A stretch of 63,786 bases of DNA, counting the filler, from Octopus bimaculoides (lineage: Eukaryota), in the NCBI RefSeq assembly GCF_001194135.2. It is 5 parts of 5 records of this genome, joined end to end, with 100 filler letters (N's around TTAATTAATTAA, not from the genome) between each part and the next. Parts side by side here need not be neighbours in the genome. Positions count along the whole stretch, not along the records: positions 22,280 to 43,807 come from NC_068991.1; positions 43,908 to 56,804 come from NC_068982.1; 3 more parts are not named here. One strand, 5' to 3'. A program made the translations under genes and the position numbers. The first letter of the stretch is position 1; each line of letters starts with the position of its first letter. The notes under the pieces were generated by a model, which was given only the letters and a program-made list of their open reading frames with translations, searched no databases and was not told where the DNA came from. Below are positions 36,461 through 49,720 of the stretch, in pieces.

Positions 36461-38279
36461 TGGGAACCATTGCATTAGAGTTTGATGCACTCCGCCAACT
36501 CATTAGATTCTGCCAAACTGTCCAACCCATGCTGGCAAGGAAGACGTTAAATAGTGATCATCATCATCACAGAATACACATGTATGGTAGACAGAGAGTG
36601 GGTGTTTTTGGATGAAAACATTTCGATATAGAGAGTGCTAGGTATTTGTGAACACAATTCTTACATTAGGTTATCTTCTGTTTAGAAGACAACCTAACAT
36701 AATATGCAATAAGGGTCAAATTTTAACTTTCACATTTCTCCTTTAGTCATCAACATCACCATAGTAGATTCTAGTTGGATAAAGTAAATAAAGAAGCATA
36801 TCATACTTTTGACTCAGAGGTTACTAGCTTCCAAAATGTGGCCAAATTTTTCATGTTCAAGTCAAGAATGAGCTAGCAGGGACATGCCATCAATAGCCAA
36901 GACAAAGAAATATTCTTCAGCAGTCAGACATTGATGGGGAAGCCAACTTCTCTAGCAGATCCTAGATACCATCAACAACAACACCAAGCAACTGAATGTC
37001 AGCTAGCACTGAGCAGCTCATTGTAGTGGAGTCCATTACACATTTTTGCAGACATTTGTAAATGATTTTCTTTGGAAAAGGGGATATGCAAAGGCATGGG
37101 CACATGTTTTCCTAACTAAAATTTTGTCAAGAATCTATTTTTGATCTATAAATTGGAGTATCTTGAAGACTTCAGTAGATATTTTGATATTCTGACATCT
37201 GATTGAAGACTAAAATTTGGCAAATTAAGGGGAAATTGAACTGCCAAATATATATGGATTTCACATTGATGAAACGTGTAAATTTATTCAATAGTTTAGC
37301 CCCAAAATATACACTTCTTTGTAAAAGGTGTATAATCCAGCTTTGTAATATGATAACATAAACAGCCCCATACAGGACGATAGAAAAAAGCAAAACTCTG
37401 ATGTATGTATCAATCTTTGGAAGTAAAAGGAAATTAAATTTAATTCAGTAATTCTGAAAGAATATTGCAATGGGATGGATATAGTCATTTGTAGCAATTT
37501 TTACAAAAGGAATATACAAATGATACCATGAATCTGCAAACAGAATGTTGAAATGGGATATTTATTGTAATGTTGAAATAGGATACTTATTGTAATTTTT
37601 ACACAGCAGGACTTTTGAAATAAAATTGGTTTGTACTGGTACAGGGGATGAAGGTTATTCACTTAATATTGGTAAAATACCTTAATTCTTCATAATTCTA
37701 GAGCAAAAATTGAGTTGGTTTCTCATTGGTTTCCCATGAATAACACACTCATGCATACAGAATATAAAAAATTGATCCACATCTTAATTATTAGACAAGT
37801 ATGATCATAGATATAATTTTTACTGTGTATGGTATCTCTTTTATCGAAACTTAGTAAAAAAAACATTGCGATAACATTAAGGTTTCATTGGAAAAATTAT
37901 TTTAGTGCATTGTGAAATCATTACACTACAGTGTTGTACACATTAAATTAAATTTCAAAGATGAAAGAAGTTGATCAAAGAATGTTCAAATCTTTTGGTA
38001 CTTAATTAGTCAGTATTCTGAGAACCTTTAATACCAAAATCAATGTGAAACACTACTGAAGTTTCTGCATTGACCTTTGAGGTTAATAAGTGCAACAGAC
38101 TTAGTCAGGTTGATGAATCTGGTTTGGAAGCCTCTAACAAAGTCAATATATCATTGGCTATGTACTCTTATACATACAATTTAATGAATACATTTACATA
38201 CCAGAATGCATCTAATATAAAAAGCTCATTAACAGGTGAGGCAAAGGTGAACACAGGTGTGTAATATATTGAAAATTAA

Positions 38280-39505
38280 CATGTATTTCTCACTTTTACA
38301 TATTATTAGTAATAAAATGAAAGGAATATATGATAGTATTACTATCAAACAACAAAATATAGATATGTCATATTTCTATCATGAAACTGTCCAAAGCACC
38401 CTTTACACAAGGACACTTTGCAAAATGGACACATATATGAAGTCTCGACCTGATATCCTTTCACAGTTTTTCTTTTTTGCAGTGAACACAGTCTGCAAAC
38501 TTTTTTCCTTCCATTTATTTTTTCCACTCTATGGAAGTCAATATTTTTTCTGTTGACATCCATCTCAGTTAATTTTGCTTTTCTCCCAGTTCTGTGCTTT
38601 CTGGAAGAAAAGTTATCACATAACTGATATATCATGTCAACCCGAAATTTCAAATGGTCATAGTCCTTTGGTGGCGTAGGTACCTTGTGACTTTTTACAT
38701 AAACAATAGTTAGACATAATGCTGGAGATATATGGATCACCATACCTTATATCAGGATTCCAGTAGTTCCAGAGTTGAGGAAGTTACTTGATACCAAACA
38801 TGTTTATAATAATAAAAAAAAAAAGCTCACATTTCTGCAGTATCAGTTGGCTGCCATAGTGGATTGGGTCTTCCACAAATAGAAATTATGCATTGAGCAT
38901 TTATTTCCTCCATGAGAGTTTCAAAAAAACTTTTCAGTAAAAATAAATAGTCCATATAATTGAGTAACAAGAGATGGACTGTATTGTGGACTAGTCTTTT
39001 CTGTGAAATCGAGAATTCTGGTTGATGTAGTAATCTTCAAACATGTTGCCATAATGCTTTCAATATCATTTTCATCACTTTCATTTTTATCACTTTCATC
39101 ATCAAAATCTTCCTCGTCAGACAAAAGATTCGTTAATGTCATGATTTGTCTGAAGACAAATCACTGCTGTCTTTGTTTATATTTTGTACATCATCAAGAG
39201 AAAAACCTTTGAAGTCAGAATTGCTACTTCCTGGCACCATATCGTTAAAAACTAAGATATACTTCTCTTCAAATGTTGAAAAAAACCAAGAAGTCTCAAA
39301 ACTTTCACCATATTTTTACTTGAATAAAGGTGGGAAAGTCTTTATCTCACATTATCTCAAAGCTACAAGAATTCAATAATGTGATTTGTTTATTTTTTTA
39401 GCAATTTCATAGAGAAATCAGATATGGCCAGATTTGGCTGGTTCAAACAAATAAAGAGGAATAATTTTCAACCAATTATGGCCGGTTTAAACACTAAAGG
39501 GTTAA
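38280..39505 (-). mobile_element. Internally deleted piggyBac element (acidic N-terminus + C-terminal cysteine-rich domain; DDD core absent)
   Basis: TTAA+CCC terminus at 39499-39505, acidic ORF 38921-39142 and CRLC..ETSYMCPFCKVSLCKGCF..FH domain. The other terminus was not found. Confidence 0.8.
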
Positions 39506-39630
39506 TACATACATATCATCATCATCATTTAAGCATCAGATGGAATTTTGTAAAGGCAGATTTTCTATGGCTGAATGTGCTTCCTGTTGCCAATCCTTGT
39601 GTATGACATATACAAGGTTCTTTCAGTTTC

Positions 39631-41340
39631 TGTTATGGGGAGGATAATAATAATAACGTAACACCCCTCCCACATGACAAGTGGTATGTGCTAATTGTCA
39701 CAAATACTGTGAGATAGGAAGTTGGGTTATTGAAAAGTTGGTGAAGTTTATCACAGATAGTCATGTCTTACTTGTCTAACTAACTGTACTGCTATACTAG
39801 AGTGGACATTACAACAGTCTGATGCTGGATTACAATAGCGGCGATGAGGAATTAACAAACTCAAGAGGATTAAACAAATTCACAAGGGGTTATGAAACTG
39901 TTGTAAAGTGGGTTCCTCCCACTGGTGTGATATATGACTGCTGTTGTACTGTAGTTGCTGTTTTACACTAGTAGCCACAATAGTTACTAGTCATCAGATA
40001 TTGTTATATCTCTTCGTACCAATAGCTCCACAAGACACCGTCTAAAACTGTCAACTCTTCGACTCTCTTGACAGCTACTGGTTTATTTATAACGGCTGAC
40101 TCCAATCACTTTTTACTAGGAAGGGCATACAGTTTTACTATACAACATCTCCCCTTTTAATTATTTTATTTAACAATCAATTTCTTTTATTCATCCCACC
40201 TCACCCTTCTTTTTTTATACACTCAATGTCTTTTCTTCTTAGGGTCTACTTTTTGGAATTCAGTGTTCTTTTTCTTTGTACATGTGGTTTTGACTTCTTG
40301 TAACGGTGTTGGAACCCAAAAAGTATCATATAGCCAATCCATCAGTATCTCTACTCTTCTCGGTTCCTTTTCGATGACTCTTTCCTGAAGCTGATTTCTT
40401 TGTCTCTTTTCCATTTCATTTCTGCTTCTTACACCATACATTATTCTTCCTATGTATGTTATAATTTCCTCTTCTTCTCGGTATTGCTCACCATTTTTGT
40501 ACATTCTAACATATAACTTATCACCGATTCTAAAGAATTTTAGCATGTCTTTACTAGCACATATTTTTTTAATATACTGACTTCACCTTTCTGGCAAACA
40601 TTAATTCTGCTGGTGAACTTCCTTCTGGCACATTTAGGTTTGAGTTACCCTGTATACCCTTAAGAATTGTTGGATCACAACCTTGTACATAGCTTCCTTA
40701 TTAGCTTTCTTTAAAGCTCTCTTAAAAGTGTCCATGAACCGTTTGGCCCTTCCATTCGATCTAGGGTGATACAGTGCTATAGTTTTATGTTCTAACATGA
40801 ACATCTCGCAGAATCTTTTAAACTTACAGGATACAAACTGTGTTCTGTTATCAGAGACAATTATATCCGGTACACCAAATCTTGTGAACAATTCATGTAA
40901 GAAGTTTATTACTATATATGAGGTTAGTTGTTTACACCTCGCATCCTCAGGCCATTTTGTGTAGCTGTCCACTACTATTAAGTATTAATATCCATTTACT
41001 ATGCCTGCAAAATTGATATGCAATTGGGACCATGATATTTCACTTCTGGTCAACGTTCACATTTTGTAGTAGGTAGTATCCTCTGCAGCCTTTTACCAGG
41101 TTTTCAACTTCCTTGTCCATGCTCAGCCAGTATACGAAACTTTGCATGTGCTTTTATTCTAAAGATGCCCGGGTGTCCCACACGGAACTCTTTTAGCATT
41201 CTCTTCTGTAATGTCTGTAGTATGACCACCCTCTAAGCGTACATTAGAACACCATCACATATAGTGTACACACTCACATCTTGGCAGTTCTTTGCATCAA
41301 ACCATTCTTTATTTTATTTTGTCAACCACAGCTTTTCTGT
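39631..41340 (-). mobile_element. Ty3/Gypsy LTR retrotransposon fragment: decayed integrase + PPT + 3' LTR (about 39631-40147)
   Basis: GHPGI, VDSYTKWPE, FGVPDIIVSDN, YHPRSNG; PPT AAAAGGGGAGA abutting TGTTGT at 40147. The outer LTR end is approximate. Confidence 0.85.
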
Positions 41341-43807
41341 TTTTCACATTACATTCCTATAAACCTAACCAATCTGAAAGGTATTTGTAAAAGATTTCAT
41401 TAAAAATATCCATTTTTCTGAGAGTTATGAAGTAACAAAGTTGTGGCAGCACACTTGTGTTAATATACACACTGGTAGGAATGCCGCCCAAACGTGACCT
41501 CAATCTCCTATACAAGGGTGACCATCTAGTTGCATGTGGGCAGAGTTTCAGATATGGGCGTCTACATAGGTTGGATTTTCTCCGTTTTGACGGGGTTTTT
41601 TACATATTTTTTTTTCAACACAGCCTTGAAGAAAATGGGGAACTTTTTATGAAAAATTGTGAAAATTAATGATTTTTTTCCCCTACCCACGATTCCCTGG
41701 ACCGATTTTGACAATTTTTTTTCACTACATACTTAAAAATGGTGGTAAAAATCCCTTCGGTAAAAAAGAAAAAAAATTGCAAGTATTTTCAAACGAAAAG
41801 CTAAAATCATAAAACATTACATAATAGGACTACTAGGGTCAGTTTGCCTTACATCAATTTGGGATCGATAAAATAAAATTCCGATCGAGGTTCGGAAGGT
41901 GGGGTTAATAATATCGACTGACTCTCCGCCCCACCCCCACTTTAAAAAAAAATGGCTGGTCTTGCAGTTAAATTAGAAAACATTAATTTGCATTAAATAT
42001 CAAATGTTGTAACTTATATAACTANNNNNNNNNNAGGGTTGGGGTTACGCCGAAAAGGGGTGGCGTGCGTATTCTTTAGCTCCACCAAAGATTCCTTATA
42101 AACTTAGTCTGTAGACTGGCTCGATACCATAATTATGTCCTTGAAGTAAGGGATGCACTTTTTTTTTTTCCATATAAATGTGAGAATGTTTACATTGTGT
42201 CATTAAAAACACACACAAACGGCTGAAAGTAAAGTACGTACACCCGGTGTTTAGGGTTAGGGTTTTTGTTACGCCGAAAACGGGTGGTGTACGAATTAAC
42301 CTTCACCGAATTTTTAACAAAAAAAAACGGTGATCGATAAATATGACATCGATAATATATGTTACACCGGGAAATTAAAGCAGACGTTTTGGACTTTTTC
42401 TATGGATTGCGAAAACTACACGAACCAACGAAGGAACGAACCTCCAGACGGTTGCTGGACGAGATTTAAGAAACCGCTCGAATAACAGCCGAAACACAAA
42501 AAGGGCATCATGCCGGTTTTGGGTGTTTTCATTGCTTTTGATCATAAGCCTAGTCAACCACGATACGCCTAGAGTTAAACAACAGTAATAAAGCATACAT
42601 ATCAAATAATGATAGAGCGTGGTATCTTAGATATGCCATCAAAATAATATTTTGCACCATATGCATTTTGTATTAAAAGCTAATATACCGCTGTGTGGTT
42701 TGTTTTAACAAAACATCCACGTTTAAACGGGGGTAAATATTTCCTCCCAAATAATATTTAGTATATCCACTACACATGTAAATAGTCGAAAAAAAAATTT
42801 ATTAGTATAAAATTTCAGAAATATATAAGAAAACATAGCATCGGAAAAGTGAACAACTTATTGAAAATATGTGCATTAAAGAGTTTAACGAAAAATAACA
42901 ATGAAATTATTTAAGCCGAAAGATTGCCCGAATATGTATATAAACATAAACTAGCTGGGGGAATAATCAACATTAAACTTACTTTTGTGTATTGTTCTGA
43001 GTATGATCCATTTCATAAGGAGACACAAATGAAAAACATGGGAGTCGACCTCTGCCGAGAGATTTAAATGAGAGGTGATGGAGCAGAAACAATTGTGTCG
43101 AAGCAACAACTAATCAGTATTTAAATACACCGCATTCCATGTTTTCAGATGTAGCCGAGGTACTTCTCAAATAAGATGACGTTAATGGGAAATACCTTAA
43201 ACCAAAGTATTAAAAAAACAAAACACCTAGAACTGTTTTCGGCGCATATATTTTACGATTTTGATAAAACAAGTCTTTTTTTTTTTTTTTTAATTTTCCA
43301 CTTCCCTACACCTTGTGTTTTTTACAATCCACTAAGAAAAATACGTAGATTGAGAATCTGGATTAAAAAATTTCTTTTTTAATTTCAAATTTTCTTTGAA
43401 AACACCCTATGTCGACACTCCTATACCCTTTCCCACTTTCCAAAAAACAAACTCCAGATGTGTTGGAGGGGGGGTCTACATTTGCGCATGCGTAGACTCT
43501 TCAGAGCAGACGAAAAAATATCAAGCCCTCACCAGAAAATGCTAGAAATAACAGCTAGATGTCAGAGAAATATCTTTTTATCAGCTTAACGACACTTTCT
43601 TTTTGACGGGTGGGGTGGGTCTTTTCTGTTTGAATTTAACTTTGTGGAAATTTTCAAATTTTCGAATCTGATGCCATTATGCACTTGTTATTCATTGTTA
43701 TTCACTTCCATATCTATTTCAGTTTTGATACCATGCCACAAATTATTTTCGTATTATTTCCTTGGAAATAGCAAATAACTTCGTTAATTATGTGTATTTA
43801 TACCGTT

Positions 43808-43907
43808 NNNNNNNNNNNNNNNNNNNNNNNNNNNNNNNNNNNNNNNNNNNNTTAATTAATTAANNNNNNNNNNNNNNNNNNNNNNNNNNNNNNNNNNNNN
43901 NNNNNNN
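43808..43907. other. Artificial scaffold-joining spacer
   Basis: 44 N + TTAATTAATTAA + 44 N. Confidence 0.95.
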
Positions 43908-44554
43908 TATATATAAACATATATACACCGCACACACATATATATGTATGTATATACATACACACATTTAAATGTATATATATATATGTGTGCGTGCCTG
44001 GCTGTGATCTTGTTCTGTAGGAATATGCGTGTGTATGTGTGTGTCTGTGCGTGCGTGTGTTTATCTATACATATCTACCTGTACTGACTGCTCCAGTGGC
44101 CAGTTTAATACTATGCAAATTAAAATGCTTCATATCTTTCAAACATGCCTTTATTACAGAACATTCTTCTTTACATCAGTTGGTGCTTCTTCTTCTTCTT
44201 ACAGATAGTTTCCGTTTGAATGTGTCCATCTGTGCATCTCAACAATATGTCCGTCGGCCCCTTCATCCATGAAGTGTATCGTATTCAACTTCTTATCTGA
44301 TTTACAGAAAAACAATCGCTATGCATTTGATGGGGAATCTCTTTCACTACTTATTTTGATTTATATTGTTATTTTCATCTATGGGTCCTACTGAAAAACG
44401 TCTATCTTTACAGTATAAGCTCTGTTTTACTCCGGCATGACACTTTTAAAACGTCGAGCATTACTGTTCCGATATATATCTTTATGATTTTTGGAAATAT
44501 CCATTTCACTTGTTCTCTATGTCTTTTTTCAAATTTCCCTGTGTAGTAAGTAGC

Positions 44555-44970
44555 TAGGCGCAGGAGTGGCGGTGGGTTAAGTAGTTTGCTTACTAACCAC
44601 ATGATTCCGGGTTCATTCCCACTGCGTGGCACCTTGAGCAAGTGTCTTCTTCTATAGCCTCGGGCCTACCAAAGCGTTGTGAGTGGATTTGGTAGAGGGA
44701 AACTGAAAGAAGCCCGTCGTATATATGTGTATATATATATGTGTGTGTATGTGTGTATATGTTTGTGTGTCTGTGTTTGTCCTCCCCAGCATCACTTGAC
44801 AACCGATGGTGGTATATTTACGTATCCGTAACTTACCGGTTCGGCAAAAGAGTCCGATAGAATAAGTACTAGGCTTCCAAAGAATAAGTTCTGGGATCGA
44901 TTTGCTCGACTATAAGGCGGTACTCCAGCATGGCCGCGGTCAAATGACTGAAACAAGTAGAAGAGAAGAG
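44555..44970 (+). mobile_element. SINE family A, full-length reference copy
   Basis: A/B-box head, CORE-like accttgagcaagtg, internal (TG/TA)n and AG-rich tail. Confidence 0.92.
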
Positions 44971-46190
44971 TAGAAAAAGAGTAAATGTAAACAACTGTGA
45001 TATACAAGGTTGTAAAGAAAACCAACATTGGCGTTTAATGGAATAATTCCTTCCGCAAATGAAAGCAGTGAAACGCAAAATCAGTGTTGAAGTCCCTTTT
45101 TGAGAAGAAACTTTGACGTTATGATTTCAGAAATTAGAATGGTAACATATTGAAGCTGTACAATCTAGTATCGAGTACTATATGATTAAATTTAGTTGAA
45201 ATACACAGCTCAGATAATTTCATGACTGGAACAGGTAACTGTAGATGCTTACGAAGCAGTTTAGATCCACGAAAAACAAATCAGGTTTAATCGGTGAGCA
45301 CGAAATAGTTGCTTGAAACAAATTTGGACAAGATTTATCAGGAAACATGCGAGAAGTGTAAAACAAAGCATTGGAGGTAAAAGAAAGGAATTAATGTAAG
45401 TATTGATCGAAAGTTAGGAACAATGAAATGTCATGGAAATAGTAATTGTAATGTTAGGTAGAGAGCAATGAAAGCTATAGAGAATAGAGTCAGAAAATTA
45501 ACGATAGTGATTTTAGTGTCACATTAAATCTGCACTATTGCTTAAGATTGGCAAAAATTCAAGTGAAATTCAATAAGGTCCCACTTACAAACCGTATCCC
45601 AGAATTCGTGTAAACGTTATATAATGATCGTAATTTTGAAATTCCGTAACCCGAGTTGCTCTATTGGAAAGCTGCTGCACGTGTGTGTTTCAGAGAAAAA
45701 AATTACGTAAAAACAAATTTGTAATAATATTAGTCTGATAATTTAAAAGTAATTTATTCAATAAACAGAAGAGCAGTACAATTTTATTTCTTAAATATAA
45801 TATTTTAATGTTATCAGTCAAATGCTGATAAAACATTTTTTTGTTTCTTTACAAAGTTCTTTCCGACAGTATTGTTTAACCTTTTCAAATCTATTTGCAT
45901 CCTGCGCATTCATATTTCGTAGCATGAATATTTATCGAAATAATCCGTCGTCTAAAAGAATCATCCAACAAAATTTAAGCAATCAATTTATAGTGTATCA
46001 AAAGATCATCTCACAAAAGACTGACACCCAATGCAACAATTCATTGCATGTTTCCTTTAGTTATGTTTTCGTGGAAGAAGACAGTATCCAGGGCAATAAA
46101 AATAAAAAAAAATAAATAAATAAAATACCTGTATTACCAAAAGTAGAATGGCTGTTCACATTGGCTCTATTTTGTGGAAATAGTTCCTCT

Positions 46191-46608
46191 GCGATATTAA
46201 AATTAAAAACAAGGATATCAATCTGACAAATTCAAATTACGATGAACGTAAACAAAAACAAACGAAGTTTGCTTTTAGAAGCGTTGAGATGTCTTCGAAA
46301 GTTAACGAAATTATTTAAAATTCTGAAACGTAGGATAATGCCAATAATATAGCCTGAACAGGATAAGCTACCCCTATTTAGCAGAAAAAAGTGTTGGCCG
46401 CCAATACTTTTTTTATGCAAAATAGGGGTAGCTTATCCTGTTCAGGCTATATTATTGGCATTATCCTACGTTTCAGAATTTTAAATAATTTCGTTAACTT
46501 TCGAAGACATCTCAACGCTTCTAAAAGCAAACTTCGTTTGTTTTTGTTTACGTTCATCGTAATTTGAATTTGTCAGATTGATATCCTTGTTTTTAATTTT
46601 AATATCGC
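46191..46608. repeat. 418-bp palindrome (perfect 189-bp arms, imperfect 40-bp central hairpin)
   Basis: 46191-46379 is the exact reverse complement of 46420-46608 by manual comparison; no TSD seen. Confidence 0.95.
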
Positions 46609-46837
46609 CAGTGATTGGTTGAAATTACAGAAATACGACAACTTTAACATGGAATAACTTATGGATTTCTTTTTTTTTTAAGAAGACTAAGAGAAAAAGA
46701 TGTTTTATATGACACATTCTACCAGTGTTCCAAGTTTCAAAGTGTTTCGTTAATGAAAAATGTGGCCCCCGTTTTAAAAAAGATCCAAGAATTATATTCT
46801 GAGAAAGGCAAATTTCCCGCATCTGCTGAGCGAGCGG

Positions 46838-46890
46838 TCCTCCCTGACGAAGCCTGCGGAAATAGGCGAAACAAAACGTTTAGTCTGAGT
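46838..46890 (+). ncRNA. Candidate degenerate type I hammerhead motif
   Basis: CTGACGA-a-gcct(gcggaaat)aggc-GAAAC-aAAACGTTTa-GTC-tgag; palindromic loop III, weak stem I. Confidence 0.4.
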
Positions 46891-47218
46891 GGTTCTCGAG
46901 TAGGTGGTGGGGCAGGTACAACCCCTGTCAGCATGTGTGTATACCTATGAGCGCTTCCTACAGTATTAAGACAGTATTGTACCTATTTGTCTAGCAATAT
47001 ATGTGCCTTTACTTATATTCAAGTACGTATACACAGAAGTGGAACATAAACAAGAAAATACAAAGTGAAGCGATTTGGAAGTAATGGCCTTTATCTTTAA
47101 CTTTACCATTTAAAGCCGTCTCCTAACGCTGCGTGTAGCTAAAATATTTCGAAGATTTTGACGATATTTATATATATATATATATATTTATATATCTAAG
47201 TGTGTGTATATATATAGT

Positions 47219-47250
<32 letters not shown>

Positions 47251-47421
47251 AGTGAAGATATACGCACGGATATACGTATTTATATGTGTGTGTATGTGTG
47301 TGTGTGCGTTTATATGTGGTGTCCGTATGTGTGTGTGTGTGTGTGCACACGCACAAACATTGATATACATATACGGAAATATATTTACATCTATGTCAGC
47401 CTCTGTCTCTGTCTGTATGTT

Positions 47422-47461
<40 letters not shown>

Positions 47462-49534
47462 TCTCTCTCGCTCTCTCCCCCCCTCTCTATCTCTCTCTAT
47501 CCACACACACACACAGACACACACACTTACACTACTTACATAGGTTTACCTGAAACATCGAGTGTTTGTTTTCGTTACTTATACCTGTGATTCTCTATTC
47601 GCTTTTCCATCCACTTATTCGAGACCCTATTTTTCCCCCCTTTACTTCTTACCCTATGATCTGATAGTGTTATAGCTTTCTTAGATTTCGATACAATATC
47701 AATCGATATTGTTATATCAAGATAGAGATGAAAAGCGTTCATACATCATTTGCGCAAGCATATTATGTGTTTTGCTAATCATGTAATATTATGAAAAACA
47801 CAATTAGACATATAAAGTATTTCTCAAGTGAGTGTACGTGCATCAATAGTGATATTATCGCTATTATTCTATGATTGTCATATTTTCAAAACGTATTTGT
47901 TTGAACGACATTGTTGATCTAACGCTACTCTCTGTTGTATATCGCTTGCAAGATTCGCTTATGCTTCAATATTTGTAATTAAATCATGTATTCTATGAAT
48001 ACTAGATGTGACAGACAATAATTATATATATATATATATATATATATNNNNNNNNNNNNNNNNNNNNNNNNNNNNNNNNNNNNNNNNNNNNNNNNNNNNN
48101 NNNNNNNNNNNNNNNNNNNNNNNNNNNNNNNNNNNNNNNNNNNNNNNNNNNNNNNNNNNNNNNNNNNNNNNNNNNNNNNNNNNNNNNNNNNNNNNNNNNN
48201 NNNNNNNNNNNNNNNNNNNNNNNNNNNNNNNNNNNNNNNNNNNNNNNNNNNNNNNNNNNNNNNNNNNNNNNNNNNNNNNNNNNNNNNNNNNNNNNNNNNN
48301 NNNNNNNNNNNNNNNNNNNNNNNNNNNNNNNNNNNNNNNNNNNNNNNNNNNNNNNNNNNNNNNNNNNNNNNNNNNNNNNNNNNNNNNNNNNNNNNNNNNN
48401 NNNNNNNNNNNNNNNNNNNNNNNNNNNNNNNNNNNNNNNNNNNNNNNNNNNNNNNNNNNNNNNNNNNNNNNNNNNNNNNNNNNNNNNNNNNNNNNNNNNN
48501 NNNNNNNNNNNNNNNNNNNNNNNNNNNNNNNNNNNNNNNNNNNNNNNNNNNNNNNNNNNNNNNNNNNNNNNNNNNNNNNNNNNNNNNNNNNNNNNNNNNN
48601 NNNNNNNNNNNNNNNNNNNNNNNNNNNNNNNNNNNNNNNNNNNNNNNNNNNNNNNNNNNNNNNNNNNNNNNNNNNNNNCGTATATAGATAGATATATATA
48701 TATATATATACATACATACATACGAACAAGTATATATATATACGTTATAATCTTTTGTCAATATTATTGGGAAAGGTGCTTGTAATTCCCAGACTTTTAA
48801 AGACTTAAACAGCTTTGTTCTGATGTTAAAAAAAGAGGGAGCAGAAGAGAAAAAAAATATATAAAGACAAACGAAGAATGAGGCAAAAAGTGTATGAGTG
48901 ACAGGAAGAGAGTTCTAGAAAGATAGAATTTGTGACAAAAGCTCAGACGCAACGCACTAACACACGTAGCCATACGCACACAAACACACATACATACACA
49001 TATTTCATGGATAAATATATGACAGAGAAAACAGTGAGACATCAGAGACAATGTGTGATTGGCATAAGTTACTTTACATTAATCATCTATCTCTTTACTA
49101 AGACGTTTGGATATATGTCGAAATGTAAATCTTTCCACCACTTTTCATTATCCACATTTACTTAATTTGGGTCACTGTGATATTGATATTAGTCTTCGTC
49201 TTATCTTGATCTTTACACTGAAAATTATATTAATAACAATAGTATAGTTTTGTTTGTATTTTGTTGGTAGACAAAAGATATTGTCAGTGGATGGCAAAAG
49301 AAATTACGCATAGCTGGCTTCTTGTTTTACAAAGCGATTCTTGTCTACATAATTATATTCTTGTTTAAAGTACCGTATCTACCACCAGGTTGAAAGGCTA
49401 TCAGCACAATATCTAGATAACATTTACTGTCTAGACAACTAGACAAGAAATATTATGTAAGTTGCCTACCAGGTAGCGAGCGGTTGAAGGACGTGCTATT
49501 TTTCTATTAAAAAGATATAGGTATATGTGTGCGA

Positions 49535-49536
<2 letters not shown>

Positions 49537-49623
<87 letters not shown>

Positions 49624-49645
49624 TGTAAATATATAATGATGATGG

Positions 49646-49687
<42 letters not shown>

Positions 49688-49720
49688 CGATGATGATGAC
49701 GACGACGATGATGATGATGA
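49537..49720. repeat. Compound microsatellite (TA)n + (GAT/GAC)n
   Basis: Direct inspection. Confidence 0.95.

Noticed and set aside
42248-42265. Interstitial telomere (TTAGGG)
   Set aside because: Only about two units; the same applies to ctaaccctaacc at about 21646.
44200-44275. Possible first exon MDEGADGHIVEMHRWTHSNGNYL with GTAAGA donor (minus strand)
   Set aside because: No homology or supporting exons; chance level in this much sequence.
45050-45100. Minus-strand GDFN motif as another EEP exon
   Set aside because: Stop after about 20 codons, no good donor, and it lies on a different scaffold from the 1346-1459 exon.
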